64,000 nt of DNA, from positions 69,758-133,757 of the forward strand of contig JAOTYD010000006.1 in the NCBI GenBank assembly GCA_029862005.1, given 5' to 3'. The first letter of the stretch is position 1. Each line of letters begins with the position of its first letter. This DNA comes from Gammaproteobacteria bacterium. GTDB lineage: Bacteria; Pseudomonadota; Gammaproteobacteria; GCA-001735895. This document shows positions 39,970 through 49,916 of this stretch, piece after piece. The notes beneath the pieces are model-generated. The model was not told the origin of the DNA, made no database searches, and saw only the letters and a program-made list of their open reading frames with translations. A program made the translations under genes and the position numbers.

Positions 39970-40989
39970 ATGTCTGAATCTCTGGCAGGCAAAGCCAATG
40001 GTTTGCCTCGGCAGACATTAGCCTCGTCTATCTTTACGATAATTCTCCTGTGTAGCCAAACGACGGCGCACGCCGAATGGCATCAACAGCAGCGCGACAT
40101 CATGGGAACCCGGGTTTCAGTTGAACTCTGGCATGATGAAGCCACAACCGCATCCAGATGCAGTGAAAAGGTTTTCACCGAAATGCGTCGCATCGAAGCA
40201 AGGATGAGCTCATATAAAAGCGACAGTGAGCTTTCATTTATCAATGACAACGCCGCGATGAACGCGGTCAAAATCAGTGATGAAATGATGCATCTGATTA
40301 AAAGATCGATTCACTTCTCCGAGGTTTCGAAAGGCGCGTTCGATATCACTTATGCCAGCGTCGGCTATGCCTACGACTACCGTAAACGCCAGCAGCCCAG
40401 CAATGAATCTATCTCGGAGAAACTGCCAGCTATCGACTATCATCATATTATGATTTCCGGAGATGAGATTCAGTTTGGCAACGATGCGGTACGTATCAAC
40501 CTCGGCGGCATCGCCAAGGGTTACGCGGTCGATCGTGCTGCCGATATTATCGGCCAGTGTGGCATCACCGAGGCCATGGTAAGTGCGGGCGGTGACAGCC
40601 GTATCATCGGAGATCGCAAGGGTCGCCCCTGGGTCATGGGTATCAAGCATCCTCGCGACCCTGAGGGCATTGCGATACGTCTGCCGCTCAGCGAAAGCGC
40701 GATTTCAACGTCGGGTGATTACGAGCGGTTTTTTATTGACGACGGCAAACGCGTGCATCACATTATCAATCCCGCCACCGGCCGCTCCGCGACGGCCAGC
40801 TGGAGTGCAACCGTCGTCGGCCCCGATGCCCTGACAACTGACGCTTTATCTACTACTATTTTTATTCTGGGTGCAGTCGACGGAATTACCCTGATTGAAA
40901 CCCTGGAAGGAATCGACGCCATCATTATCGATAGCGATGGAAAAGTGCATTACTCCTCTGGCTTTGAAGTACCTGAAGTCAAACAATAA
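39970..40989 (+). CDS. apbE: FAD:protein FMN transferase (ApbE family)
   Basis: Lipoprotein-like signal; the ApbE fold signature is spread along the protein. Confidence 0.85.
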   Translation: MSESLAGKANGLPRQTLASSIFTIILLCSQTTAHAEWHQQQRDIMGTRVSVELWHDEATTASRCSEKVFTEMRRIEARMSSYKSDSELSFINDNAAMNAVKISDEMMHLIKRSIHFSEVSKGAFDITYASVGYAYDYRKRQQPSNESISEKLPAIDYHHIMISGDEIQFGNDAVRINLGGIAKGYAVDRAADIIGQCGITEAMVSAGGDSRIIGDRKGRPWVMGIKHPRDPEGIAIRLPLSESAISTSGDYERFFIDDGKRVHHIINPATGRSATASWSATVVGPDALTTDALSTTIFILGAVDGITLIETLEGIDAIIIDSDGKVHYSSGFEVPEVKQ

Positions 40990-41011
40990 TCGCCCAAAAT
41001 CTAGCAGACCT

Positions 41012-41620
41012 ATGAAATATTTCAGCCTTATCATCCTTTTACTTGTTTACCTCGCCGTTCCCGTTGTCGGGCAGGAAACTTCATCAGAGTTGATCGAAGG
41101 CGAGATCGAAGTGCCACAAGCGGAAGAATCGGACGAGGCCAATGCAGAATCGATCGATGAAGATGAGTCCCTGGAAGGCTCGCTCGACGCGGATATCGAA
41201 GCCCTGAAAAAAGAAGTACTATCGCTTAACCGGGACCTGTTTATCCTCGAAGAGGACTTACTGTTTCCTTCGAACACCCAGTTCAGCGTCTTCCTGTCGA
41301 TGAACGCCGGTGCACTGTTCAGTCTCGATTCGATCCAGCTGAAAATTGACGACAAGAACATCGCCAATCACCTGTACACCGAGCGCGAACTCGCGGCCCT
41401 CAAGCGCGGTGGCGTGCAGCGTCTCTACATCGGCAACCTGCCGACAGGTGAGCACGAAATTATCCTGATTTTTACCGGGGTTGGACCCAAGGGTCGGGAC
41501 TACCGCCTCGGTGAAACAATCGTCATAGAAAAGACAACCGATCCCCAGTTCGTGGAATTCATGATCGCTGATGATACCGGTAAGGAACAACCTCAATTCG
41601 ATGTGCGTGTCTGGGAATAA
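41012..41620 (+). CDS. secreted acidic coiled-coil protein
   Basis: Signal peptide, a D/E-rich stretch, a coiled coil (ALKKEVLSLNRDLFILEEDL), then a beta-rich C-domain. Confidence 0.5.
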   Translation: MKYFSLIILLLVYLAVPVVGQETSSELIEGEIEVPQAEESDEANAESIDEDESLEGSLDADIEALKKEVLSLNRDLFILEEDLLFPSNTQFSVFLSMNAGALFSLDSIQLKIDDKNIANHLYTERELAALKRGGVQRLYIGNLPTGEHEIILIFTGVGPKGRDYRLGETIVIEKTTDPQFVEFMIADDTGKEQPQFDVRVWE

Positions 41621-43487
41621 GCGCCATCAAAAATTCCTGAGGCACGTATCGCGCGGCATTCGTCGCTCATTCTACGGGCTACTGTTAAGCTGTGCCTGCA
41701 GCCCGGTCATCGCGGTTCAAACGGTCGAACATAGAGTCGAGGATCTCGACTATGGTCGCGCACTCTACCAGTTTTTCCAGGATAGCAGGCTGGCGGCAAT
41801 TACCCAACTGATGATAGCCGCGGAAAGACCTCGCAGCCGTAGCCAGGTCAATGAGTCCAACCTGTTGCTCGCAGATCTATACTACGGGTACGGGCTATAC
41901 GAAGAATCGCGCGACCTGTTTGCCCAGCTCCTGACCGCCGAGGTTTCGGACTCGATTCAAAACAGGATCTGGTTCAACCTGGCACGGCTTCGCTACGAGC
42001 AGGGTTACTATGAACCAGCGCTTGACCTGCTATCACGCATTAACGACCAGCTACCGGGTGGTGTGGAGTCAGAAAAGAGATACCTGCTGACCAACCTTTA
42101 TCTTGACAATCGCCAGTACGACGAGGCCGCCGATCTCAGCAACCAGATCAACCCGAAATCGATCTGGAAGATCTACGCGCGCTACAACCTGGCGGTAACG
42201 CTCATCGAAGACGATCGCTACGAGTCCGGTAAGACACTGCTCGAAAAGATCGGCCAGATGGAAGCCGGTACACCCGAATTGATTGCCCTGCGCGATCGCG
42301 CAAATCTTTCGCTGGGGCTCAAACAGCTGCGCATGGAACTGGCCGAGCCGGCACTGGAAAGCCTTTCCAGGATCAGGCTCGAGGGACCCCTGAGCAACGA
42401 GGCGCTACTTGCATCCGGCTGGGCCTGGTATCGACTCGGCAAGTTCGACAAGGCAATGATCCCCTGGCAGGTGCTGCTGCAGCGCAACGCAGTAGATGCA
42501 GCGACACAGGAAGCGATCCTGGCGATTCCCGCCAATTACGCCAAGTCAGGCCAGGACGGGCTGGCAGTACGCCATTATGAAATTGCCGCGACACAGTTTG
42601 ATTTGCAGCTGCAGTTGCTCGATAACGCGATCAAGTCGATCGAAAGTGATGAATTAATTGCAGCGCTGCGGGAAAACGCCATTCTCTACGATCGCAGCAG
42701 CCTGCAACGCTTACCACCGAGTTCCGATGTTACCCCGCAATTACACCTTCTGCTGGCTTCGACAGAATTTCAACGCGAAATTACACGCTACCAGGAATTG
42801 CTCGATATTCGTAACTCGCTTCGATTCTGGGGCAATAACTTCCCTGCTCTGGAGCTGATGCTGTCAGAGCGTCGCCGTGGTTTTGAAAACAAGCTGCCGT
42901 TACTGCAGCAATCCAGCAGTTTCGATCAGCTCGATCTACTGCGTGAACAGAGGGACCAGTTTGCCGGCCGGGTCAGTGCGATCGAGGCGGCACAAGACTT
43001 CGAGGCGCTCGCAAATCCGGATGAGCAGGAACAGCTGTCAAGGCTGCAACGCGTCTCGACGTCTATTGACATGGTCGCACCGGAACGTAATACGGCCTAC
43101 CAGCAGGATATGTTTCGCCTGTTATCCGGATTGCTGCGGTACGAGTTGGAGACCGACTTTCCGGTAAGATTCTGGAAAACAAAGAAACAGCTGATACTGC
43201 TGGATCGTGCACTGGCTGAATCCGAGCAGCGGGTTAATGACTTACGCAGGATCACGGAGCGTACCGACCTCGAGTTCGGTCTGTTCGAGAAACGCATCGG
43301 CGGCCAGACAGAGCGCATCAGTCAATTGCGTAGCAAGGTCTCAACCCTGTTGTCGTCACAGGAGCGACTCATCAATCAAATGGCAATTGACGCCATTCGT
43401 CAACAGCAGCAGCATATCGTGCAGTTACGCCTTAATGCCCGTTTTGAACTGGCCAAAATTTTCGACCGGATGGCGGCAGAACAATGA
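41601..43487 (+). CDS. TPR-repeat protein with C-terminal coiled coil
   Basis: Signal-like N-terminus (…RRSFYGLLLSCACSPVIA), multiple TPR-like helices, long coiled-coil tail. Start is uncertain: ATG 41601 overlaps the upstream gene by 20 nt. Confidence 0.6.
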   Translation: MCVSGNKRHQKFLRHVSRGIRRSFYGLLLSCACSPVIAVQTVEHRVEDLDYGRALYQFFQDSRLAAITQLMIAAERPRSRSQVNESNLLLADLYYGYGLYEESRDLFAQLLTAEVSDSIQNRIWFNLARLRYEQGYYEPALDLLSRINDQLPGGVESEKRYLLTNLYLDNRQYDEAADLSNQINPKSIWKIYARYNLAVTLIEDDRYESGKTLLEKIGQMEAGTPELIALRDRANLSLGLKQLRMELAEPALESLSRIRLEGPLSNEALLASGWAWYRLGKFDKAMIPWQVLLQRNAVDAATQEAILAIPANYAKSGQDGLAVRHYEIAATQFDLQLQLLDNAIKSIESDELIAALRENAILYDRSSLQRLPPSSDVTPQLHLLLASTEFQREITRYQELLDIRNSLRFWGNNFPALELMLSERRRGFENKLPLLQQSSSFDQLDLLREQRDQFAGRVSAIEAAQDFEALANPDEQEQLSRLQRVSTSIDMVAPERNTAYQQDMFRLLSGLLRYELETDFPVRFWKTKKQLILLDRALAESEQRVNDLRRITERTDLEFGLFEKRIGGQTERISQLRSKVSTLLSSQERLINQMAIDAIRQQQQHIVQLRLNARFELAKIFDRMAAEQ

Positions 43488-46309
43488 CTAAAAGCCTGTC
43501 CCATCGCCTGCCCATCATGATGCTCACCGCGACACTTGTTGCCTGTGGTTCAGGTGGGTCCGATTTCGGACCGACGATCGGTGATCTCGAGGAACTGCCG
43601 CCCCTGCTGGAGACCGCGGAACTGGAGCCGCAGGCGAGTTTCAAAGTCGATCGTCAGCAAGTCATAGACAGCTTTCGGGCCCTGGTTGAGATAACGGCCG
43701 ACGGTGGCGGTACCGGAGATGAATTACGACGCCTGGCTGATCTCGAACTGGAATCCAGCCTCGATAACCGAATATCCGATGACGAGACGACCCAGCAGCA
43801 GGGCATTGGCGAAGCGGCACGGGCAATCGGGATTTACGAAGCCTATCTTAAAAAATACCCCGAACGCCCGAGTAACGATATGGTGCTTTACCAATTGTCT
43901 CGTGCCTATGCCCTCGAAGCTGAATCTGAAAAATCCATAGCCGCGCTGGATCGCATCGCGCGCGAGTACCCGGATTCACAATACATGGACGAGGTTCAGT
44001 TCCGGCGTGGCGAGAACCTGTTTGTGCAGCGGGAATACCAGGCTGCAGAGCAGGCTTATGGCAAGGTCGTAAACGATCACCCGGATTCGCTGTTTTTCGA
44101 AAAAGCGCTCTATAAATATGGCTGGACGCAGTTCAAACAGAGTCGCTATCGCGATGCCCTAGCCAGCTACACGCGCTTGCTCGACGTCAATTTTGAACAG
44201 GATAAGATCTGGGAAATCGGTTTCAATCCAGGGCTGCCTAGAGCAGATCGGGAGCTACTCGAAGATGTCGTGCGCGTCGTCTCACTCAGCTTTTCCTACC
44301 AGGACGAAAAATACTATATTGCACAATACTTCAATGAAACCGGAAAGCGAAACTACGAGCCCCTGCTTTACCTGCGGCTGGGCGAACTTTACCTGGACAA
44401 AAAGCGCATCATCGACGGTTCGGATCTGTTCCTGGCCTACACCAAGCAATACCCCTACTCATCGCATACCCCGCGTTTTCACCAGCGTGCAATTGAAACC
44501 TTCCAGCAAGCCGGTTATTCGGACCTGGTGCTAAAAGAAAAGATCGCCTTCGTTAACCGCTACGACGTAAACGGCGAATACTGGGCGTTGCAGGAACCCG
44601 AAACCCAGCGAACCCTGACCAAGACCCTGGTCTTGCACATGACCGAGCTGGCTACCCATTTTCACGCACTGGCCCGGGCCAGCAAGAAAATGAAAGACTA
44701 CGGGATTTCGGCCGACTGGTATCGCCGCTTTCTAAAATCCTTTCCGAATGATCCGGGCGCACCGCGGATGAATTTTCTGCTCGCCGAAAACCTCTACGAT
44801 GCAGGTCAATATCCGCAGGCAATCGACGAGTACCAGAAAACAGCATATAACTATGCGCCACACAAGGATAGTGCCGAGGCAGGCTACGCAGCGCTGATCG
44901 CGTTTGATGCCCTGTTCAAGACGACCAATGCAAGTGACATTCCCGCATTGCGGCGCAAGCGCATTAAATCGGCGGTCCGCTTTACCACGGCTTATCCCGA
45001 TGATCCCCGATTGTCGGTGGTTGAACTGCAGACCGCACAACAGTTCTTCAAGTGGAAGAATTATCCTGACGCGATCGCGTCGGCAAACCGCCTGATTGAA
45101 AACCAGCGCGTTGACAAAACCACCAAGCAAACCGCGTGGACAATACTGTCCGATGCGCAGTTTTCAACGGCGGACTACGCCGCGGCTGAAAAATCCTATC
45201 TCACGCTGCTGACTTTTATGCCGAAACAGGACCAGAAGAGAAAGGCAGTGCGCGAACAGGTCGCCGCGAGTATTTACAAACAGGGGGAAATCGCTCGTGA
45301 GGTGGGGAATCACCTGCTCGCAGCACAAACCTTCACCCGACTTGGCCAGGTGATCCCAGAATCTCCAAAACGCAAGGTCGCCGACTACGATGCGGCAACC
45401 GCGTACATACAACTCGAAGACTGGTCGACCACGATCGCGCAACTGGAAGCCTTTCGCAAGAGATACCCGAGTGATAAAAAGTTCACGGATGGTGTCACCG
45501 AGAAACTCGCGCTGGCCTACAGCAAAAATGGAAACCAGTCCAAGGCGGCGCGGGAAATACTCGCGTTATCGAATCTTCCCGGCACGGCTGAGCGCAAGCG
45601 GGACCTGATGTGGCGTGCTGCCGAACTGTATCAGCAGGACGGCCAGCCCGAACAGGCGATTGCAATCTACAAGCAGTACGTCAAGGTTTATCCCTACCCG
45701 CTGGAACGCTCGATCGAACTGCGTCACAAGATCGCCGAATCATATCGCGCCAAGAACGATACCAAGAACCGTAATTACTGGCTCAACGAAATTATCAGGG
45801 CGGATGCAGCTGGAAAATCGGAACGCAGTGCACGTAGCCGGTACCTGGCCGCTACCGCCAGCCTGGAATTGATCCAGCCACTGCATCGAACCTATAGCAA
45901 AGCCAGGCTGACAATACCGCTTAAAACCAGCCTGGGCAAAAAGAAAAAACTGATGCAACAAGCGATTGACGCCTACAGCAAGGCAATGAAATACCAGGTG
46001 CAGGAAGTAACCACCGAAGCCACGTTCCAGATTGCCGAAATCTACCATGATTTCGCAAGATCCCTGATGGATTCACAAAGACCCAAGGGTCTTGATGAAG
46101 AACAACTCGAAGAGTACGAACTGTTGCTGGAAGAACAGGCCTTTCCGTTCGAGGAGAAGGCAATCGATATACATCTGGCGAACTTCAAGCGCATCCCCGC
46201 CGGCACTTTCGATGAACCCACGAAAAAGAGTTTACAGGTCCTGGGTGAAATGATGCCGTTTCGTTACGCCCGGGCTGAGAGCACTGATAATTATGTTGAA
46301 ATTCAATAA
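43484..46309 (+). CDS. large TPR-repeat lipoprotein
   Basis: Lipobox LVACGS; about 940 aa of TPR-like repeats. ATGA overlap with the upstream gene. Confidence 0.72.
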   Translation: MTKSLSHRLPIMMLTATLVACGSGGSDFGPTIGDLEELPPLLETAELEPQASFKVDRQQVIDSFRALVEITADGGGTGDELRRLADLELESSLDNRISDDETTQQQGIGEAARAIGIYEAYLKKYPERPSNDMVLYQLSRAYALEAESEKSIAALDRIAREYPDSQYMDEVQFRRGENLFVQREYQAAEQAYGKVVNDHPDSLFFEKALYKYGWTQFKQSRYRDALASYTRLLDVNFEQDKIWEIGFNPGLPRADRELLEDVVRVVSLSFSYQDEKYYIAQYFNETGKRNYEPLLYLRLGELYLDKKRIIDGSDLFLAYTKQYPYSSHTPRFHQRAIETFQQAGYSDLVLKEKIAFVNRYDVNGEYWALQEPETQRTLTKTLVLHMTELATHFHALARASKKMKDYGISADWYRRFLKSFPNDPGAPRMNFLLAENLYDAGQYPQAIDEYQKTAYNYAPHKDSAEAGYAALIAFDALFKTTNASDIPALRRKRIKSAVRFTTAYPDDPRLSVVELQTAQQFFKWKNYPDAIASANRLIENQRVDKTTKQTAWTILSDAQFSTADYAAAEKSYLTLLTFMPKQDQKRKAVREQVAASIYKQGEIAREVGNHLLAAQTFTRLGQVIPESPKRKVADYDAATAYIQLEDWSTTIAQLEAFRKRYPSDKKFTDGVTEKLALAYSKNGNQSKAAREILALSNLPGTAERKRDLMWRAAELYQQDGQPEQAIAIYKQYVKVYPYPLERSIELRHKIAESYRAKNDTKNRNYWLNEIIRADAAGKSERSARSRYLAATASLELIQPLHRTYSKARLTIPLKTSLGKKKKLMQQAIDAYSKAMKYQVQEVTTEATFQIAEIYHDFARSLMDSQRPKGLDEEQLEEYELLLEEQAFPFEEKAIDIHLANFKRIPAGTFDEPTKKSLQVLGEMMPFRYARAESTDNYVEIQ

Positions 46310-46934
46310 CATAACCGCACTTTTACTTGCCGCATTACTGCTCGTAGCCTGCCAGAGCGGTCCCGACAAGGCATCGCCTCCAAAACCCGAGGTCGCGGCG
46401 ACGCCGAGTACAGAAGAGCCAGCAACTGAAGCAGAGGTGGTGGATTTTTATCAGCAATTTTATGAAGACGCGGTGGCTTCGCTTAAAAGCGGCAAAACTG
46501 CGCAAGCAGTAGAACTGCTGGTGCAGGTCAGCAACGATGCACCCGACAAGCCCTACGTTTTCACTAACCTCGGGCTCGCTTACTTCAAACTGCAGGAACT
46601 GGACCTTGCAGAACAGGCGTTCAAACAGGCAATTACGCGCGACGATAATGATGCCGTTGCGCATAACCATCTCGGAATCCTGCAGCGCCAAAAAGGGCAA
46701 TTTAAAGAGGCGATGAATCGCTATCAACGTGCCATTAAGATCGATTCCAGCTACGCGTCGGCGCATCTGAACCTCGGCATCCTATTCGATATCTACCTGC
46801 AGGATCTGGACCTGGCGTTACGACATTACCAGAATTACCAGTCTCTGATCGGCGAGGAAGATACCCAGGTGGCCAACTGGATTGTCGACATCAAGCGACG
46901 CCTGAAATCGGGCACTACCAAGTCCCAGGGATAA
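46293..46934 (+). CDS. TPR-repeat lipoprotein
   Basis: Lipobox LLVACQS; three or four TPR motifs. Confidence 0.72.
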   Translation: MLKFNNITALLLAALLLVACQSGPDKASPPKPEVAATPSTEEPATEAEVVDFYQQFYEDAVASLKSGKTAQAVELLVQVSNDAPDKPYVFTNLGLAYFKLQELDLAEQAFKQAITRDDNDAVAHNHLGILQRQKGQFKEAMNRYQRAIKIDSSYASAHLNLGILFDIYLQDLDLALRHYQNYQSLIGEEDTQVANWIVDIKRRLKSGTTKSQG

Positions 46935-46938
46935 ACAA

Positions 46939-47223
46939 ATGAGAAAACTTTCGCTAGCATTTTTCCTATTATTTGCTATTTCAAGTACTGCTAATGTGTG
47001 TGCTCAAGAAAGACTGCAAATGGAAGGCACCGAGATAACCGGAAACAAGGAATTGCCCAGGGTTTTGTATATCGTTCCATGGAAATCGGTTGAACGTTTC
47101 GAGATTTCGTCACCCCCGATTACAAGTATCATGGACCAGCAACTAACCCCCATCGAAAGGGCTGCTTTCAAACGACAGATTCACTATCACGACGCCATTT
47201 TTTCAAAGGCAAAACTGGAATAA
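46939..47223 (+). CDS. small secreted protein
   Basis: 94 aa with signal peptide; lies immediately upstream of exbB. Confidence 0.45.
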   Translation: MRKLSLAFFLLFAISSTANVCAQERLQMEGTEITGNKELPRVLYIVPWKSVERFEISSPPITSIMDQQLTPIERAAFKRQIHYHDAIFSKAKLE

Positions 47224-47259
47224 TCCAGCAGTTGACCAGAGACCGCGGAGGCTCTCGCA

Positions 47260-47907
47260 ATGAACGAAATACTAGTTACAGTAATCAGGTTTTTCCAGGA
47301 CGGTGGACCATTCATGTACCCTATTCTGATTGTTCTGGCTATCGGCCTGGCGATTACGATAGAGCGCTGGTTGCATCTTACCGTTGCAAAAACGAAAAAT
47401 CGCCTCATGATTGCCAAGCTGATGCCACTGGTGGCAAAAGGTGATGTAAACAACGCCAGCGAACTCGCTCGAAAATCAAGCGCTACGGTTAGCCGAATTC
47501 TGCTGCAGGGTATCGAGCATTACAAATCTGCTCGCCGCAGGGATGATTTCGAATCGGCAATGGATGAGAGCATCATGGAGGCAATTCCACGTCTCGAAAA
47601 GCGCACCCATTACCTGGCAATGTTTGCCAATATAGCGACCCTGCTCGGGCTGCTGGGAACAATTATCGGCTTGATCAAGGCGTTCACCGCGGTCGCCCAG
47701 GTCGATCCATCGATGAAAGCGGAGATACTATCAACCAGTATATCGGTCGCTATGAATACCACCGCGTTCGGACTCATCGTCGCGATCCCGCTATTATTTT
47801 TCTACACGGTATTACAAACCAAGACGACCGAAATCGTCGACAGCCTTGAGATGACTGTCGTCAAGTTCGTCAATCATTTATCTCGCGTTAAAAACAGCGC
47901 CGGGTAG
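47260..47907 (+). CDS. exbB: MotA/TolQ/ExbB proton-channel family protein
   Basis: 3-TM topology with conserved C-terminal TM helices. RBS GGAGG. Confidence 0.9.
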   Translation: MNEILVTVIRFFQDGGPFMYPILIVLAIGLAITIERWLHLTVAKTKNRLMIAKLMPLVAKGDVNNASELARKSSATVSRILLQGIEHYKSARRRDDFESAMDESIMEAIPRLEKRTHYLAMFANIATLLGLLGTIIGLIKAFTAVAQVDPSMKAEILSTSISVAMNTTAFGLIVAIPLLFFYTVLQTKTTEIVDSLEMTVVKFVNHLSRVKNSAG

Positions 47908-47916
47908 GTACTACAA

Positions 47917-48408
47917 ATGTCAAGACGGGTACATCGGCGCAAGCATCCGGCTGTCGAGCTGAACATTACTGCCTTCATGAACTTGATGGTAGTGCTGGTG
48001 CCTTTCTTATTGATGACGGCGGTGTTCAGCCATATCACCATCCTCGATTTAAACCTGCCCCCACCGGGCGGGCAGGATACCAAGCAACCAAAAAAGCCTC
48101 CTTATGAACTGCGCATCACGATTCGCAAAAATATGCTGGTGCTCTCCGATAACCGCCTGGGCTTGATTCAACGTATTCCGTCCAAGGGCAAAGAACATAA
48201 TTTCGCCATGCTGAAGGAGACCCTGAAACAGGTTAAAGCTCGGATTCCCAAGCATACCAATATCACGATCCTGGCCGAGCAACAAACCCGTTATAACGAC
48301 CTGATCAGAGCGATGGACAGTTCGCGTTCGTACCGCACAGAAGTCGAGGGTGAGTGGGTCTTTGCCGAACTGTTCCCCGATATATCGATTGGCGATGCGG
48401 CCAGGTGA
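47917..48408 (+). CDS. exbD: ExbD/TolR family protein (copy 1)
   Basis: Single TM (LNITAFMNLMVVLVPFLLM) plus periplasmic domain. Confidence 0.88.
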   Translation: MSRRVHRRKHPAVELNITAFMNLMVVLVPFLLMTAVFSHITILDLNLPPPGGQDTKQPKKPPYELRITIRKNMLVLSDNRLGLIQRIPSKGKEHNFAMLKETLKQVKARIPKHTNITILAEQQTRYNDLIRAMDSSRSYRTEVEGEWVFAELFPDISIGDAAR

Positions 48409-48426
48409 TAACAGGATGTTGATGCA

Positions 48427-48918
48427 ATGAAATTATCCAGACGCGCCAAACGCATGAATCAGCACCACGTTCGTGGGCAGAAGCGAAACGCCATGTTAAA
48501 CATGGTGTCGTTAATGGATATATTTACGATCCTGGTTTTTTTCCTGTTGGTGAATGCGACCAGTACCCAGATTTTGCCCTCACCCAAGAACATCGTGTTA
48601 CCCGAGGCCGCGGCTGAGAAATTGCCTTCCCGCAACCTGGTCATCGCCGTTGACGAACGTGTCATCCGCCTGCAGGGGAAAGCCATTGTTACGGTCAAGG
48701 ATGCGCTCAAAGGTGACCGCAACTCGATCAAGCCTCTGTTTAATGCGTTGCGACTTGCCTCGACGACGGTCAAGGATATCACCGACAAGCAGGGTGTTAC
48801 GATTATGGGTGACCAGGAGATTCCTTACCTGCTGCTGAAAAAGATCATGCTGACCTGTGCCGGTGCGCAATATACCAATATCTCGTTCGCTGTAAACCAG
48901 AAGGTATTAGACAGCTAA
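48427..48918 (+). CDS. exbD: ExbD/TolR family protein (copy 2)
   Basis: Paralogous to copy 1 (MVSLMDIFTILVFFLL). Confidence 0.88.
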   Translation: MKLSRRAKRMNQHHVRGQKRNAMLNMVSLMDIFTILVFFLLVNATSTQILPSPKNIVLPEAAAEKLPSRNLVIAVDERVIRLQGKAIVTVKDALKGDRNSIKPLFNALRLASTTVKDITDKQGVTIMGDQEIPYLLLKKIMLTCAGAQYTNISFAVNQKVLDS

Positions 48919-49910
48919 TGGCAAGGGCAGTGGCTATATCCGAACCGAATCTGCCCTGGATCGACCAGCAGGAAGATCGCAGTTTTCGCCGCCTATTGAT
49001 TATTATGATGCTGCTGTTTTTAGGCGTGGGCGTGGTATTGAATACGATCAAGCTGCCGGAAGTAGTACAGAAAAACCTGGTCGATGTTTCACCGCGCCTC
49101 GCGAAGCTGATCCTGGAAAAGCAAAAAGTTAAACCACCACCTCCCAAGAAAGAAAAACCAAAGGAAGTAAAGAAAAAGGAGCCTGAAAAAAAGAAAGAAA
49201 AACCGAAAAAAAAGGAACCTGAGAAAAAGAAGCCTGAGAAAAAGAAGCCTGAGAAAAAGAAGCCTGAGAAAAAGAAGGAAGTTAAGAAACCCGACGCACG
49301 TGAAGTCGCCAAGAACGCGGGCCTGATCGCGTTAAGTGATGAGCTCGAGGACTTGCGTGAAAGCTTTGCCCTCGACGACGTCGCCAAATTGCCGCAACAA
49401 ACGACCGGCAAGCAGGCAGTCAAGGTCGCGACTGCCAGCGACCTGCTAACCTCGAGCGCGCAAAGAACCAGCGGCGGCATAAAGACAGATACTCTCAACC
49501 GCACCATAAAAACCAATGAATTAACACAACGTCAGACCACGAGGGTTGAAAGCAAGATCGAAGCCGACAGTAAAAAGCTCGCCAAGGCCTCTACCACCCA
49601 GACCCGGGGGGGATCGGCCGCCAGGCGCAGCGAGGATGAAATCGAACGTATTTTCCAGCAAAACAAAGGCGGTATCTTTAATATCTATAATCGGGCATTG
49701 CGCAAAAATCCGTCACTCGCCGGACAGGTTGTGGTTGAACTGACGATCGCGCCCGGCGGTCAGGTGACCGCGGTTAAAATTCTCTCCAGCGAGTTGGGTG
49801 ACGAGACACTCGAGCGTAAATTGATACTAAAGATAAAAAAATTCAAATTCAGCAGTTCCAACGTGGCCGAAATCACGGTCACCTATCCAATCGACTTTCT
49901 GCCCTCCTGA
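48918..49910 (+). CDS. tonB: TonB-family energy transducer with Pro/Glu/Lys-rich linker
   Basis: N-terminal TM helix, KKPEKKK-rich spacer, C-terminal TonB_C-like domain (GQVVVELTIAPGGQVTAVKILSS...). Confidence 0.8.
   Translation: MARAVAISEPNLPWIDQQEDRSFRRLLIIMMLLFLGVGVVLNTIKLPEVVQKNLVDVSPRLAKLILEKQKVKPPPPKKEKPKEVKKKEPEKKKEKPKKKEPEKKKPEKKKPEKKKPEKKKEVKKPDAREVAKNAGLIALSDELEDLRESFALDDVAKLPQQTTGKQAVKVATASDLLTSSAQRTSGGIKTDTLNRTIKTNELTQRQTTRVESKIEADSKKLAKASTTQTRGGSAARRSEDEIERIFQQNKGGIFNIYNRALRKNPSLAGQVVVELTIAPGGQVTAVKILSSELGDETLERKLILKIKKFKFSSSNVAEITVTYPIDFLPS
49218..49277 (+). repeat. perfect 4x15-nt in-frame tandem repeat (CCTGAGAAAAAGAAG, encoding PEKKK) inside the tonB-like linker
   Basis: Four identical nucleotide copies read directly in the sequence. 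Confidence 0.9.
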
Positions 49911-49916
49911 GCGCAA

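Noticed and set aside
49140-49300. Lys/Pro/Glu-rich repeats considered as a possible CRISPR or mobile-element repeat
   Set aside because: They are in-frame 15-nt units inside the TonB-like linker. There are no spacers or cas genes, so they are recorded as a coding tandem repeat.
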